The notes under the pieces were generated by a model that was given only the letters and a program-made list of their open reading frames with translations, was not told where the DNA came from and ran no database searches. Shown here one piece after another: positions 1-13,920 of a stretch of DNA of 64,000 bases. The DNA lies in contig JAQGDQ010000016.1 in assembly GCA_030141605.1 (NCBI GenBank), forward strand, positions 746,282 through 810,281, written 5' to 3'. This stretch comes from Tubiluchus corallicola. Its lineage: Eukaryota; Animalia; Priapulida. Both the position numbers and the translations under genes were made by a program. Every line of letters starts with the position of its first letter. The first letter of the stretch is position 1.

Positions 1-3000
1 AGTCACACGATTATGTAAAAAAATAGTTTCACATCCTATAAAGGCGTAGATTAAAAATCACAGTAGTCAGCGGTCATCATTGCAAAATCATTGTTTTTAT
101 TTCAAGTATGCTGACAGGTTTCTAAAATAATAGGCTAAAAGGCACTAAAATAAGCAACTAAAGTAAAATAATGCAACCGGTTTCTAAAACTATTTTCTTG
201 CAAAAAATCAAAAAGACGAGTAAGGCAGTAAATGAATAAATGCATTAGCCGCAAACTGCCGAACGAAATGATGCACTCAAGCTAAAACGTTTCTCAAGTG
301 TTTGCTTGGCCTGGGCAAGGTTAACTTGTCACGCATTAAAATCACGGACGCTAACAGTTGATCAAAGTCGAATAGTCACATGTTAATTACAAATACACTC
401 AAATGAATGCAAAGTAGCTACAAAAACCTAGTATCGTTCTCTTTTTAGGATATTATTAAGCAGACAAGTTTATTATTCACTTGAGAAAATTGGCATATTC
501 ATAATCATCAGCTTTCCCATGCTAACTAAACTCACCTTGAACCTTTTTCGGACCAAGATCAGAACAAACATCGTTACCTTCGCAAGAAGTTTTTACATGT
601 CGCGTCTATCCATGCCAATTGCAAAACGGTGAATGAATTTTATTCATCTGCTGAATTAGATAAAGAAGCGCGATAGGGAAAACACAGCCAGGTACAAAGT
701 GATTAATAATTGTAGTCACACCGCGAACAAGCAGTAAATTTCGATAGAAACTGGAACATTGCTAACAACTTAAATAATCTGCCGCTAAGAAGTTTAGCTA
801 TTCATTTTCCCTATATATTTCATCCGTTTCACTTTATTCCCCCTATCATAAAGATTTTCATATGCCGCGCTTCCCATTTTACACTAGAAGCGTTAAGTTG
901 AGCCCGGTTTAATAAAACTACACGAAGGCATTCATTACTGCTAAAATTAATGCCTAATTTATTCAAATGTGCGGATGCATACATATTTAATGCGCTATAA
1001 TAACCGTGCTGATGAAGCTATTATCGTAGATTTCTAGTGATGTGTGAAACAATAAGGTCTACGTGGGATTTAGATTGCTGCGTTTATGGGCTCGTCAGTG
1101 CTCTACTGTAACAAATTACTACAAGCTAAATGCCAGCGATAAACACAAAGCTTTAGCTTCGGCTCTGTATTCACTGAACCCAATGGTGGTCACTCGAGCG
1201 ACTTAGTATCTCCATAGGCACTTCGCCCAATTTCAAACTGGGCTGCCCGTTGCCCATTTAGGTAAGTGAAATGAGGGTCCAAGGCTCGGGTTTCGGTAAG
1301 AGTTAGTGATAGGGTGGAGTTTATAGGAAGACAGGATGATTTTTCATATACTACTCCATTTTCAAGTCGATAAAAAGTATACATTTTAACACAATTGATA
1401 CTGCAAAAGCGTTTCTGATAATTAAATAATAGATTAAAAACTTAATTAACGGTGGGCGAGCCCAACTATTGATGACATCACAAACCAATATAATTTTTAA
1501 CAACCAAAATATTCAACGAGCGTGTTGCACAGGTTTGCGAAAGCGGAAATTGAAGTGCAGTGCTACTGTAAGATATTCAGTGTGTTGTACTAAAATTAGG
1601 CAAGTTTTAAGTTAAAAATTCAAATTTCAAATTTACCGCTGTGCTCATGCTTGAGCTATCGAACGTGTGCAGTTGGTGACAAACGAACGAGCACGTCGGA
1701 ACTGAGAGGTATAGCACATCTTTTTGTGTAAAGCGTTTTCGAAATGCAGGCGCTAGTGCCTATCTAACTAGCGAATGGCTAAATGCATGTAACAGCGAAA
1801 AACTGTGCGTTTGGTGGTAATAATTCTGTCACGTAAGTCATTTAACAAATTTAGCAATTTTACAAAAATTGTATGTTTCCATTTAATGTTTTAAGGAGTA
1901 GATTGTTTTGACTTGCAGTTTAAGATTGGGTCCGGTTTTGCTTTAAGGTTCAGAATGAAAAAGTAATTACATAGAGCTATGTTCCAGTCAACGGTTATAT
2001 TAATATGGTTATTTTGTTAAAATGGTTCACACGCGTATTTTGTTGGAACCTTGACAAATGACAAAAATGTTTATTGTTATTGCAAAGTGAGGGAGGTTGA
2101 CAGACTTTGACGAAGGGATAAAACAATGGGCTGAGGTCCACTCAGTTGAAGGAAAAAATATTTGTCACGGGGCTTGAGGAATTTATGGGTCTGGAGACTA
2201 ATGTAGCGAGAATGTATAGACACGTTTCCTGACTCATACCTGTCATCTAGTCATAACTGTAGTAACAGCTAGGGCAGCTGTTTTCATAAAAATTCAATTC
2301 CATAAACAGTGTATAAGTAAAGCAAAACTGTGACATTTAGGCTCACAGAGAGAAAGAGCTTTCATAGCATAAAAGTGAAGTTGAATGGTAGTAAAAAGAA
2401 TTTAAGGAAAACGTGTGACGATGAAATGAGAGTAAAATAGGGGATAAAAAGTCAAAAACAATGACGGAAGACAAAATCCATTTAAGATACGATACACTAA
2501 AGAAGGTATTAGTTGAGGTCGCTGCTGTCTGGTCGAGGGAGTGACTCGACCCAAATCGCTGCTTTTCTGAACGTTGTTGTTCTTGTTGTTGGGGATGACC
2601 TTATAAGGTTTCTTGAATTCGCATTGAATCATCATGAAACTTCACAAGAATGTACTGAAGTAAATTCCGTATCGACTGATGGAGTCGGATTTTCGTATTC
2701 AATGTGGCGGCAACGACACATTTTCGAAAAAACCCAAGGTCCGCCGTTTGACAAAAGATCGTCAAGAAGTTTATAGAAATTTACTATAACAAATGCCTCT
2801 TCGACTGACAGAGTCTGATTTTTTATCTGTAATCTTGACTTATAGATGGCACAATAACACTATTCTGGGGAAAACCTACGGCACCACCATTTTGCAATAG
2901 ATCGTCATAAAGGCCCAATGGAACATACAAGAATAAATTGCGTAGATTGGCAGTCTGATTTTCGATTCGCCATCTTATATTCAAATTGACAGCATTGACG

Positions 3001-4369
3001 TTATTTCTAGTCCACGATCTTGGATTCAGCGAGTCCCTCGACCAGTAGTTCGTGTCGAGATACTTTATACAGTCACAGTGCAACACGTGACATACACTCA
3101 TCGGCAGGGCTTGCTTAGTGAAAAGCGCTGTGTCCGGACCAGGATCTGTCTAAGTGTCAAGGTTAATCCTTTAAGGCAGACTAAAAATTGATCTCCATTT
3201 TCCCAAAGGTCAACCATCCATTTAATGACCGGACTCTGTGTTGTTTAACTTTGCTCGCCGGCCACACACAGTAACCATGTTGCTGTTTCCGTCGTTTGCA
3301 AGTTTAAAAATTCAAAAGCAGTCAGTGACTTAATATTTAAAGAAACAATCACTAAAAAGAACAGTTGATGCTCTTATTCAGCAAGTCCACTAATTCCTTC
3401 ATAATTATTCTACATTCAGCTAGCTAAACATAAAACATACGCAAGATAAATTAGTACAATATAATTACTGCATATTTCAGGCGGGTGGCTGTAAGCAACA
3501 TTACGCACACTATAAAAGATAATTTACCTTTAATCCCCGCTAAAAACGAAAGCTTGCTTGAATACCTACTCTCGTCTTTGCGAGTTGGATTGTTATACGA
3601 CAAGAGACAGGAAACGATGGATATATTTTTTTTTCCTGCAGTACACTGAAAGCCTATTACACGTAATGCAACGGAGGATGATATTCTTTTTCCTGTTGGC
3701 TTTCATAATCTCAGCAGCGCTCGAGTGAAATCATTGCAAAAAGGAAGCTTGATTTGATTCAGTTTCAACTGTATGCAATGGCCTTAGAAGCCACAACGAA
3801 ATTTAAATGAAGCTCATAACTTAACACTAAGTAACAGCTAAAAACGCAATATGCTCATGATATTGTGATAATAACTCTGTAATTAAGTGAAGCCTTGCAG
3901 GGACTGCGTTAATGTTAGAAAGGTGAAAGCAATTATTACTTTAAACATTAGAATTGATATCACTGGAGTAATGGGTGCTTGCGTGTAGCACGCGTGAGAT
4001 AATAATTGTGCCAGATTCTTTCAATTTAAGCTCGAAAGTTCGATTGAATGCAGCAAAATTAGACTCGATTATAATAGTAATAGTGAATACTGCAAAGAAC
4101 TGCTGTTTCAGGATCACCTTAGCCCTAGGATTTATTAAAATATAAACCAGAACAAGTTTTTAACTGATTTTACCAGTTGCAGTGTCACACATACTGTTAG
4201 TTTATCAAACGTGGAAAACTGTTAGCGAGATACCTACATTTAAATTGATTTGTTTAATTAATCAAGCTGTTAAGCTAACGCGTTTCAGTTGCTTGTTGTT
4301 TTCGGTTGTTTAAAAACAAATCTGTTATCTTTTTTGTTTTCCGTTATATCTGTGTTATAAGTGTCGACC

Positions 4370-5445
4370 CCAGTTGACATTTCGCCAGTGGTACAATTCG
4401 CCAGTGGTACACTTCGCCAGTGGTACAGTTCGCCAGGACACATTTCGACAGTGGTACAGTTTGGCAATGGTAATTATCTAAAAGTTGTTGGAGCAAAAGA
4501 TTGGAATTTGATAACACTGCCGCCATGTTGACGTCATAATTACTTTCGGCCAAGTCGAGCTGGATGTTCTCTCGCTATTTTTCGGAGTCTGATTGCAAAA
4601 ACTTGTACAGGAGGTGGAGACTATGCTAAAGTTGTGCAGTAAAAAATTAATTACCGTGGTAACGGCCATGGTGTATACCAAATTTGCTGCAATTATAATA
4701 AGCCACTGTCGGGGAGCCCTTCTTTGTTTTCAATTTCAATTTCCTAAGCCCTTCTTTGTTTTCTTTGTTTTATCACTGTCAACGTTATATCAGACGAGCA
4801 CTTATACACTTCACTCGAATGAAGTGGTTTCTCTTTCATCAAGGCGTCAGTATTTGAAATTTCACGACGTTGCTTCATGACGATGCCCAGTATAGTTGAG
4901 TTTCTTTCCTTCAATTTCTTTGCTAACTTCAGGTTGTAAAGTCATTGTCGGTTGTCACGTGATAACTATTTTTTGAGAAAAGCATCTAGTAATGCCAATC
5001 AAACATAAGCTGGCACATCATTTTCTGCTACCATTTTGCACAAATATGACCTATATTAATTTATGGTATTGTTTAATACACTATAAAAATTAAATTTCGA
5101 AATGGCTTCAAAAAAGTCAATTTCGTATGAGTCCTTGTGGTAATGTTCGACAGTCGTTACAAAAAACTTAGGAAACATGTAAAACTCCTCCTGTCTAATT
5201 AGTATGTATCCCGAAATAATGCAGCTACATCATTGCAATCAAAACTTCGAGGAAGAGAAATCAAAGGAAAAATGGTACTTATATAGCGGAGAAATATAAC
5301 CGGCGAATTGTACTACTGAGGAAGTGTTTACTGGCGAACTAAAAGATTTTGCAGAAGGAATAAGGAAATAAAATAACAGAGAAATTTTTACTAGCGAAAT
5401 GTACCACAGGTGAAATGTGTACTGCGGAAAAATTACCAGTGGTGC
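4370..5445. mobile_element. Non-autonomous DNA element bounded by inverted arrays of a ~16-bp unit (TTCGCCAGTGGTACAN)
   Basis: About 6 tandem units at 4380-4470 (ttcgccagtggtacaa/c/g). Degenerate reverse-complement units (tgtaccactggcgaa-like) at ~5270-5440. No clear TSD. Confidence 0.65.
4750..5050 (-). pseudogene. piggyBac-type transposase remnant
   Basis: Manual minus-strand translation with a stop and frameshifts: SYLCK..DVPAYV*LALLDAFL / YHVTTDNDFT / LKLAKKLKERNSTILGIVMKQRREI..KEKPLHSSEVY..DITLTV. This matches the piggyBac DDD region (VTxDNxFTS..LA..L....T..GT.R.NRREIP). Confidence 0.8.
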
Positions 5446-6430
5446 AGAAATCAAACACTCAATTACTCCCTCACTCACCCCTTCACTCGCTTATACACCC
5501 CCACCCCCACCCCCCACCAGCACACTCACACGCTCAGCCTTCACGGGCCATTGGTGTTCTTGGTGATCCCACTTTAACAGAAGGACATTCTTAGTTTTGA
5601 GAGTTGCCATACAACTCATACGCAGAGCAGATAATTTTGACGTGAATCCTGGCTATGTCACAAGACCACGCCTACATGCATAATTATTGCACTGAATCAA
5701 TAAAGCGAAAATTTCAAATTTACAGAATAAATAAGAAGACCTCGCATCAAGTTCAATATGACTCTTATTTGTTTTAATACATCTATATTTCAAAGGAAAA
5801 TTCCGTGCACGGTTTTTTCACTAATCATTGTCTAGTCGGGCGAGTGAACTCTGGTGAAAGTCGAGAAATCCGGACCATTTTGAAGTTGCTTATGGCGAGC
5901 AATGTTACCGGGGGTACACAATAATTAATCAATATAATTAAAATTCTGGATTGCTGATGTTAACGTGTTATATACAAAGCTCGTAGCGTTGCAAAAACAC
6001 GTGTTGTTCAAGCTATGAAGACACATCAAAAATTGCTTACTTATGGCCACTGATACATTTATGTTATGCGTTTTTGTAGCATGTGTAATAAATTTATTGA
6101 CGACCCATCTGCAATACAATATAATTCGCTTTACAAATATATCCAAAAACTATACGTAAGTAAAAAATACGTCTTGCTGATTTGAGTGACAATCTAAGTG
6201 CTTTTTATCTTTGCTTTAAAATTTAGTTTAAACTTATATCAAGTCTCGGTCAGATGTTTTAAGAGCATTTAGTGCTAGAAACTTTGCGACGTATTCAACT
6301 GAATACGTTTTTGAATAGTGGGACATTAGGAAATATTATTACTAACCCTGCGCAGCAATCTTTCTTATACCTACTCTTATTATTTATGAACCTTGTACGT
6401 TGTACATTCAAAAAGTGATTGAATAAATGG

Positions 6431-6845
<415 letters not shown>

Positions 6846-7559
6846 TACTAAGTAACAAATTTGTTTCGTGATGACTTAAAATTTTATACTTTGAAACTGG
6901 AACTGTTCTGCAGGGTTAAATGCATTTGCCATTAATTTTGCTGCAAGAATTTCGCAGCTATTTCTTTCTTTTCCCATTTCATCCATTTGTGTCGTTTATT
7001 CAGAAACTATATTTAAGTCGTATGCGTGAAATGTGCTACATCAATTGGGGAACGAAGCTTCTAGTATAATAAAATTCGTGCGTTCCTGTCATCGTGGTCA
7101 TTCACCCCAAACCCTCAGAACCAATTAGTTTTAATAAAACTTACAAGAGTGAAACTAATGCAAAGTTTATATAGTCTTTAGAAGGTGAAGCAGAGGCAAG
7201 GCAGATGTATGCGAAGAAATGGAAGTGAAAAACTGCAAAAAACATACAATCACGTATTTTATTTCGAATGGCATCTACAAGATTATATTTATACATTCCC
7301 TCTATAAGACATGTAACGTTATATTATTACCCCGCCTATTACGCCTATATCATAATAAAACAAAGATCTAGTAACGCGAAAATCAATTGTGGCAGCAGGA
7401 TTGCGTTAATCTGCTTAGCTGTCATCGTGTGTCGCCATCTATCATCTGTAAAAAGAAAATGATTTTTTCTTGACAACCCTCTTAAACGCTTAGTCTGCTC
7501 AGTGTTCTATAAGTGGTTCATTTTGTAGTTTTCTTTCCATCTTTCAATTGAGGGAATTC

Positions 7560-7925
7560 AGCCATTTCTTCATTCCTCCGTTCTTTTAGTTTCTTTCTTG
7601 TCTTTTGTTCCTTCCATTCTTCCTTTATTTACTATTCTTTTATCTTTGTCTTTTCCTTTTTCTTTGCTTGTCTTGCTTTCTTTCTTCTCTACATTTTCTC
7701 TTTCTTTTTCCTTCTTTTTTTCTTTTTTCCTCCATTTGGGGCTTCTTTGTGCTCTGTGCTCTCCTTCTTCCGTCCACTAATCATTCAGTTACCAAATAAT
7801 TTGGTCACTTTTTGTTTGGCCTGCTTATTAATCTCTATAACATTTGTTTGCTTTCTTGCCTGCTTGCTTGTTTATTAACTTGCTTGTTTGTTTGTTTGTC
7901 TTTTGTTTGTTCGTTCGTTCGTTAA
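7560..7925. repeat. Pyrimidine-rich low-complexity tract followed by (GCTT/GTTT/GTTC)n
   Basis: Directly visible. Confidence 0.8.
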
Positions 7926-8379
7926 CTCGACCGCTCGTTCATTAATCTGTCGTAAAGTTTCTTTTTATTGTTTTTTACATAAAACAATACCTGTTTTACC
8001 TGTTTTTTTTACAGGTATATACATATAGCTGTGGTTAAGGACTGGAACTAATGTCAGTAGACGCGTCTGCGTGTGTGTGTGTGGGGGGGGGGGGAATTCT
8101 AGGCTCAAATTGTAACTGACTCACAATTTTTCAGGTCAAGATCACAAGATCAAAAAATGTCACGATAATTTTTGCCCCTAGTTAACTTCAATCAGGGCTT
8201 GGGTCGGCTTCTCTACTGCGAGTTCTCATTCTAGTTTTCATATGGCTTTTTACTGCAAGCGTCAAATACCGTAGGATTCTTGAAAAACTAACTTATATTC
8301 TATTAAACACAGTGGAACTCGTTAATTTGGCGACTAGGTGACACTCTGTCCCTATAACAACAGTCTGGCAAGGCATGCA

Positions 8380-8480
8380 AAACAGTCTGCGCTCGATCTT
8401 TCTCGGCTGCTCTGTTCTCTGCCAGAAAGCCGATTGAAAGCCGGCGCGCCTATTCGCAGCCGTAGCGTCTCTTCATTCAT
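8380..8480 (+). promoter_or_regulatory. Candidate promoter/TSS region of the host gene
   Basis: Local GC/CpG-rich patch (gccggcgcgcc) followed by an Inr-like TCATTC at 8473-8478, about 270 nt upstream of the ATG at 8748. Confidence 0.4.
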
Positions 8481-8747
8481 GTGTTTGCCATAGCAGGGAT
8501 TTAGACGCTTGGCTTGCGACAAACATTGACTGTGAGCATGGTTACACAACCTTCAGGGATACGTTGTATGAAGCCATGCGCCTAATAAGCCTAAACGTAG
8601 TTTTGTGTCGCACGTGTTAATGCGATAGAGTTTCCCTGCAAATCATTGGTAGCAATTGTTATTTGCCAGTATAATGTGCAATTAGTGAACACAGTGATTG
8701 TTTGTATAATGTATAAATAGTGATCGTGAAGCCAATTGCAGCTAACA

Positions 8748-8805
8748 ATGGCGACCATAATTATAACCAAACCAGAGGAGGATAATATGCAGTCTTACGT
8801 ACTAG
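8748..8805 (+). CDS. Putative first coding exon (MATIIITKPEEDNMQSYVL+G) of an unidentified multi-exon gene
   Basis: Good Kozak context aacaATGG. 19 codons plus 1 nt, then a strong donor AG|GTGAGC at 8806. Phase 1 matches the acceptor at 33515 (G|CA = Ala). Too short for the ORF track. Confidence 0.6.
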
Positions 8806-10032
8806 GTGAGCAATGCGGTTGCTGTTTTTAACACAGTCATCTTATTATTTTTCGAACGCCAATAAGTTTTCAAATCATCTAATTCGATGTCTCATTTTTT
8901 CTTTCAATTCTATTTCTTCCTCATATTTGTTTTGATTTCTGCTGCTGCATAAATTATTTTTCTGTTGTGGTGCCACTTGTGGTGTTGTGGTTTATGGCTG
9001 ATTCACAGATCTTTTCTAACAAGCGCATCAGTGATACAAAACGAGCCATCGGTTATATCTCTACCACTACCTCCTGGTAGTAATGAAGAAGACATACTTG
9101 CAGAAAAATTAGCACTGGTATGCGAGGCTAAAACATGATGAAAAAAGCAAACGGGGAAATTTTACTTTAATGGTAATTCAGTTACATATACGGTTAAAGT
9201 GCAGCCTACGTTATCCCAGAAAACCTACAGTTTTTCTCTCACTTTTCTAGAAACATCCATGTTTTATTGGTTTGGCTCATCAACGTGACTCGCAAGATTC
9301 AGTTGTTAGATTCACTAAATAACCTGACAACCCAAGACGTCTAGCGCAGGACGGCCTAATACCAGCGGCCTATTGAACTGAAACTCACCGAGCATGTTAT
9401 ATTTGTCAACTGCAAAAGACAGCAAAAACCCAAACCAATATGCCTTAACCTAACCCACTGTTTATACATTATTTAATCTACTCGCAAACGTTGTTAAAAT
9501 TTGCTCTGAAATTCCACAGCTTGTTAAATCTCGCAAAATTCATCTAATGTACTATACTATGATTACGAACATCACTCTTACTTAGCAAATAGCAAAAATA
9601 AATGAAATATTCATTGAGAATTTAACGTACTCTTACATTGTTACATTTGAACTACAACCCTCTAAGATCTGACATCGTCCATTCCAAACTGGAAACCAGT
9701 GAGCTCAGCTAGCACTATATAGTATCATTTTTTAGTTCTTCTTAGACAGGTATTTTAAGGCAATAATTACAGTTAACACAGCTGGCCAAACAGAAGCTAC
9801 GAAAGTTTATGTTCAAGTAACTTTAAACTGGCCTATTAATTTGTCACTCAGTATACCTGAATACAGAGAACAATACTTTCTTAGTAGGTAATAGGTTAAT
9901 CATTAGGGGGACGATACGCCTACATTGCAAAATGTGTGTCTGTCTTTGTTCTTCATACTGCATTCGATGTAGAACACGCCTGGGATGTGTAATGTATAAG
10001 CTGTCCCTTTCTGATTTTTTCAATCCTAACTA

Positions 10033-10347
10033 CAGAGTCGCCTAGAAATAAACGTTCCCCTAAACTGACTCGTAGCCCTTCATTCTTGTAGCGGCATTCG
10101 TAAAAGGAACACACATGATTTCGTAGCTCGGCTTCTCCTCCTATAAATTTCCCTCCAAAGCGCCGATAGGGCGTTTTTCTACACAGTGTTCCCCTAGGCA
10201 CAAGATAGAAAGCGTCCTAGCTGAGCTTGGGGGGAAATTTATAGCCCTTAGGAAAGAGGAAAAACGGTGATGGGAGTTTCTTACAAACGTCTCTACCAGG
10301 ATAATGGGTTACGAGTTAATTTGGTGGAACATTTTTTCTGGTCCCTG
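10033..10347. mobile_element. Tc1/mariner-type palindromic MITE (copy 1)
   Basis: TA|CAGAGTCGCCTAGAAA...TTTCTGGTCCCTG|TA. The arms are complementary over most of their length (e.g. ctataaatttccctcc / ggggggaaatttatag). Confidence 0.8.
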
Positions 10348-11357
10348 TATAACTCAAGTTAACGAAATTATGATATTGTCAATCTTTGTTGCTCCATACA
10401 TACATTGGTACGTATCACGTCAAGGCAAAGATTCACTCGTTGTCTTGTTCATAAGCTTCTTCAAGTGAGACGCATCAGCTGCATAAACGATGCTAAGACG
10501 CTGTTAGCTTCCCCCGTGGGACAATGTAGATGTCATAAAACTTGACATTTTGTGCATAGTGACGACAGAAGCGCCTACGTGCGTAGCAGGACGGTTTATA
10601 ACCTAACTAAACTCATGATTTACTAATGTACATTGCTTAAGTATGGATGCTATGAAACAGACCTGCAAAAGTTTGCTGCAGACGTTGAAAGTTCTATACT
10701 GTTATAGGCCTATACTTGTTGGATTGTAATACATACATACATATTCGATCCATACATACATATTGAACTGTTACCGCATTGCTTTGTCATTTCGTATTGC
10801 TGTTAGAGAGAAAAATAAACAGGCATCTCGTTTCTGTAGCTGGAAAAGCAGAAGGCCTACGTTCAAATCTCAGTGGAAGTATAAAACTTTTTACAACTTT
10901 CTTATGTGGTATTACTTTCGTGCATTTATTGGATTCGCCAAATGTGATGCATTTTAGTGAGTATCAAGGATCTCTTGACTTTAGGGTTTTAGGATGCGTA
11001 AAATTGTACTGCAAGTACATACTGCTGCTTCTCAAAAGAGAATCCGTAAATAATTATCCAAGCTTCCAATTGAGCAGAAGCTAATGAATAAGATTTAAGA
11101 TTTTGTTATTATTAATAACTGATTATTATTATTAAAGTAAACAGGTGATTATTACGATTTTTTATAAAGTTCCGCACTCTCTACAAACTAGGACTGAAGC
11201 AGGCAACTACCAGCCAATATAAAATTTTCTATATCGAAGCAAAATCGAAGCAGCTAACAAAGCTACTTTCTACACAATTCGATCAATGCGGCTTAATTTT
11301 AAGTTAAATGTTGTAGACCAAAGCGTACAGCTGAATTTTAAGTTAATTGTTTCTCTG

Positions 11358-11397
<40 letters not shown>

Positions 11398-11415
11398 AAT
11401 CACTCTCATCATCAT
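11358..11415. repeat. (CAT)n microsatellite
   Basis: Directly visible. Confidence 0.95.
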
Positions 11416-11484
11416 TAGTGAAAAAAGAGGTGATGAATAACATAGTATCTTATTGTTCATAATTGTTCCTATGATACAAAACTG

Positions 11485-11683
11485 CAGAGTCGTCCAGAAA
11501 AAACGTTACTCCAAATTAACTTGTAAGGTACCATCCTGGTAGAGGCGTTTGTATAAGAGAGAAATTTACTGCTCTTTAGAAAAAGAAGTTGTGTTACGCG
11601 ATAATCTGTTGCAAATGCCTTTACTGGTGTTAAGGGCTGCAAATTAATTTGGGGGGACGTTTTTTCTGGTCTGGACGACCCTG
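11485..11683. mobile_element. Tc1/mariner-type MITE (copy 2, shorter, same family as 10033-10347)
   Basis: CAGAGTCGTCCAGAAAAAACGTT...CTGGACGACCCTG|TA. Shares ccaaattaact..atcctggtagag.cgtttgta with copy 1. Confidence 0.8.
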
Positions 11684-12375
11684 TATAAAAACTATATCGG
11701 TAGGTCAAAATCATGCTTCACTGAACTTCTAGTGATTGCACTTAGTAAATCATTAATTTCAATACTTGTTGATAAGCAGAAGTTGTGGGGCTCCGTCCAT
11801 TTTGGATAGCAGGATACAGACCCGGGGAAACCCCAAGTGACATTATGCATGTTCGAGAAACCATTGCTTTGAGTGTTGCTTCCACTTGTGAGGAAATGAC
11901 AAACTCGCGGTGTGTCGTAATGGAATTTCTGCATGGTTGCCAGTGAGAATCCACTCATAAATCACTAGTTTATTGCTTTATTCCCGAGGTGTTGATGCTG
12001 AGATAAGGTCTTTAAAAGCGTCACACTCTGATTTTTTTCCCAACTTAGCTTCAATCTTCACGTCACAGGCATGTAATATTCTCGACTTGTAATATTCTCA
12101 ATCGTGGACGAAAATATATAGTGACTAAACAAAATTTATTATGCCCTATAATTCAAAATTAGAATTTAATTACTGCACAAACCAGTCATTATCAAGTAAA
12201 ATATGAAGGTAAAAATTATGAAGTTTTAACATGACAGTGTCACTTGCATAAAAACAGTACTAGTCTAAACCTGCCTACTACTATTAGTATGAATTTGCCA
12301 ATAATTCATACTAATCTGTGCCCGTCTATCTATCTCTTTACTTATATTCTGCCCCGCGCTGTCTAAATAACTAAT

Positions 12376-12625
12376 TGTTGTTGCCGTTGCCGTTGGCCGT
12401 GGCCGTGGTCGTGGTGGTGGTGGTGGTGGTGGTGGTGGTGGTGGTGGTGGTGGTGGTGGTGGTGAAGGTCGTCGTCGCCGTCATCGCCATCGCGGTCGTT
12501 GCTGTTGCCGCTGTTGTTACCGCAGTTGTTGTTGTTGTCGTCGTTGCTGTTGCTGTTACCGTTGTTGTTGATGCTGTTGTTGTTGTTGCTGCTGCTGCTA
12601 TTGTTGTTTATGTTGTTATTATTAT
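12376..12625. repeat. (GTG)n/(GTT)n/(GCT)n compound microsatellite
   Basis: Directly visible. It explains the poly-Val ORF. Confidence 0.95.
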
Positions 12626-13337
12626 AAATAAAGTTAATTTAATGTGACAATATAAGTTAAGATAAACTCATTCTGTGCATGTGTAAGCCTTAATAAAAAC
12701 GCACTTTGGTCTGTAATAATGTCGTGTCTTCGTGTCTTCGATCCGCCTTAATTAGAAGTTTACATTAAACTGTAGATCTATGCTGTCTGAGTGGCCTGCA
12801 AATACTTGTGCCTTACATCAGACCAGAGATGAAGTTGGCCAGTCATCAGTGACAAAATGTCGACGAGACGATGAAGCTTAGGCGACAGTAAAGTGCGCGT
12901 AGAAGAAGTAAAAAAACCATTAAAAGTATGTTATAACTATGCGTTTAAACAACCACTCTTAACTTGCGAACACATTTTATACCACACTCCTCTTTCTCCA
13001 CTTTCCAAGTACCCGGGCTCCATTAAGTTATGGAGAACCATCAGGCATTACAGAGCAGGGGTTGATATATAAGCTACTCAGATACATTTACCAAAGTATA
13101 AAAATCACTTACTGTTGGTTATCTGAGAACTTATCTCTGTTGATGAATGCGGATATCATGGCGGTGAAGAGAGCTAATACTGTATGCTTATAATATATAT
13201 GTTTATTCTGAAGTGGCAAAAGTGGTTTTTATTGCTGCTTTTGCTTATATGCTTTTATTAAAAATCAATTGGAACAAAAAATAAACGTGTTTCTGAAAAA
13301 AATTATGTAAGTTTTAATTGTCAACGAGTAAACTGCA

Positions 13338-13465
13338 TGAATGAATAAATGGATGAATGAATGGATGAATGGATGGATGAGGGAACGACCGACCGAACGA
13401 ATGAATGATTGAATGGATGGATGAGGGAACGAACGACCGAACGAATGAATGAACAAACGAACGAG
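13338..13465. repeat. (GAAT/GGAT/GAAC)n tetranucleotide tract
   Basis: Directly visible, with an internal duplication of gatgagggaacga. Confidence 0.9.
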
Positions 13466-13789
13466 TAAACAAAATACAGAAAAATGTGGCTTTCTTTTGG
13501 GTACGTTTTGCTTTCTGCCTAAATGTGATTTTCTCTATAGCAATTAGAACTTACACCTTCTCGTTCTCGCGTTACACACAGTCAAATTATTACAGTTAAA
13601 ATCCTCATCATCAACTGCAAGAGAATCAGTGACGACTTAGCGGATTACACATATGATGTGGGTGCATAAGGACTGTTCTTACTGGCAATGATCACACTTG
13701 ACATATGCAATGCACACTGGTGCACAGATATGTGCGTTTTACGCGCATGTTTTACACTAACAATAAAGAACGGTAAAACACTTTCGATA

Positions 13790-13920
13790 AATAAAACTTA
13801 AAAAATTCAGCTTGAAATTTTGTGTCACTTACCACATACAGAGGTTGCGTTACTTAGCGGTAACTCTATGTAAAATTAAATTTAAGATCCCGCGATGACC
13901 GTTAGGCGAAGCCATTCGAG
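13790..13920. repeat. Dispersed repeat fragment related to 23620-23760
   Basis: Shared blocks cttgaaattt..cacttac, gtaac.ct.t.taaaa and tttaa.atcccg.gatgac.ttag. Confidence 0.55.

Noticed and set aside
2400-3300. Moderately GC-rich stretch with 77-92 aa ORFs
   Set aside because: No recognisable motif or coherent splice pair. Possibly an old repeat, but unsupported.
4380-4470. CRISPR-like short repeat array (also 22765-23158 and 37560-37680)
   Set aside because: Units are contiguous with no unique spacers, there are no cas genes, and the context is eukaryotic.
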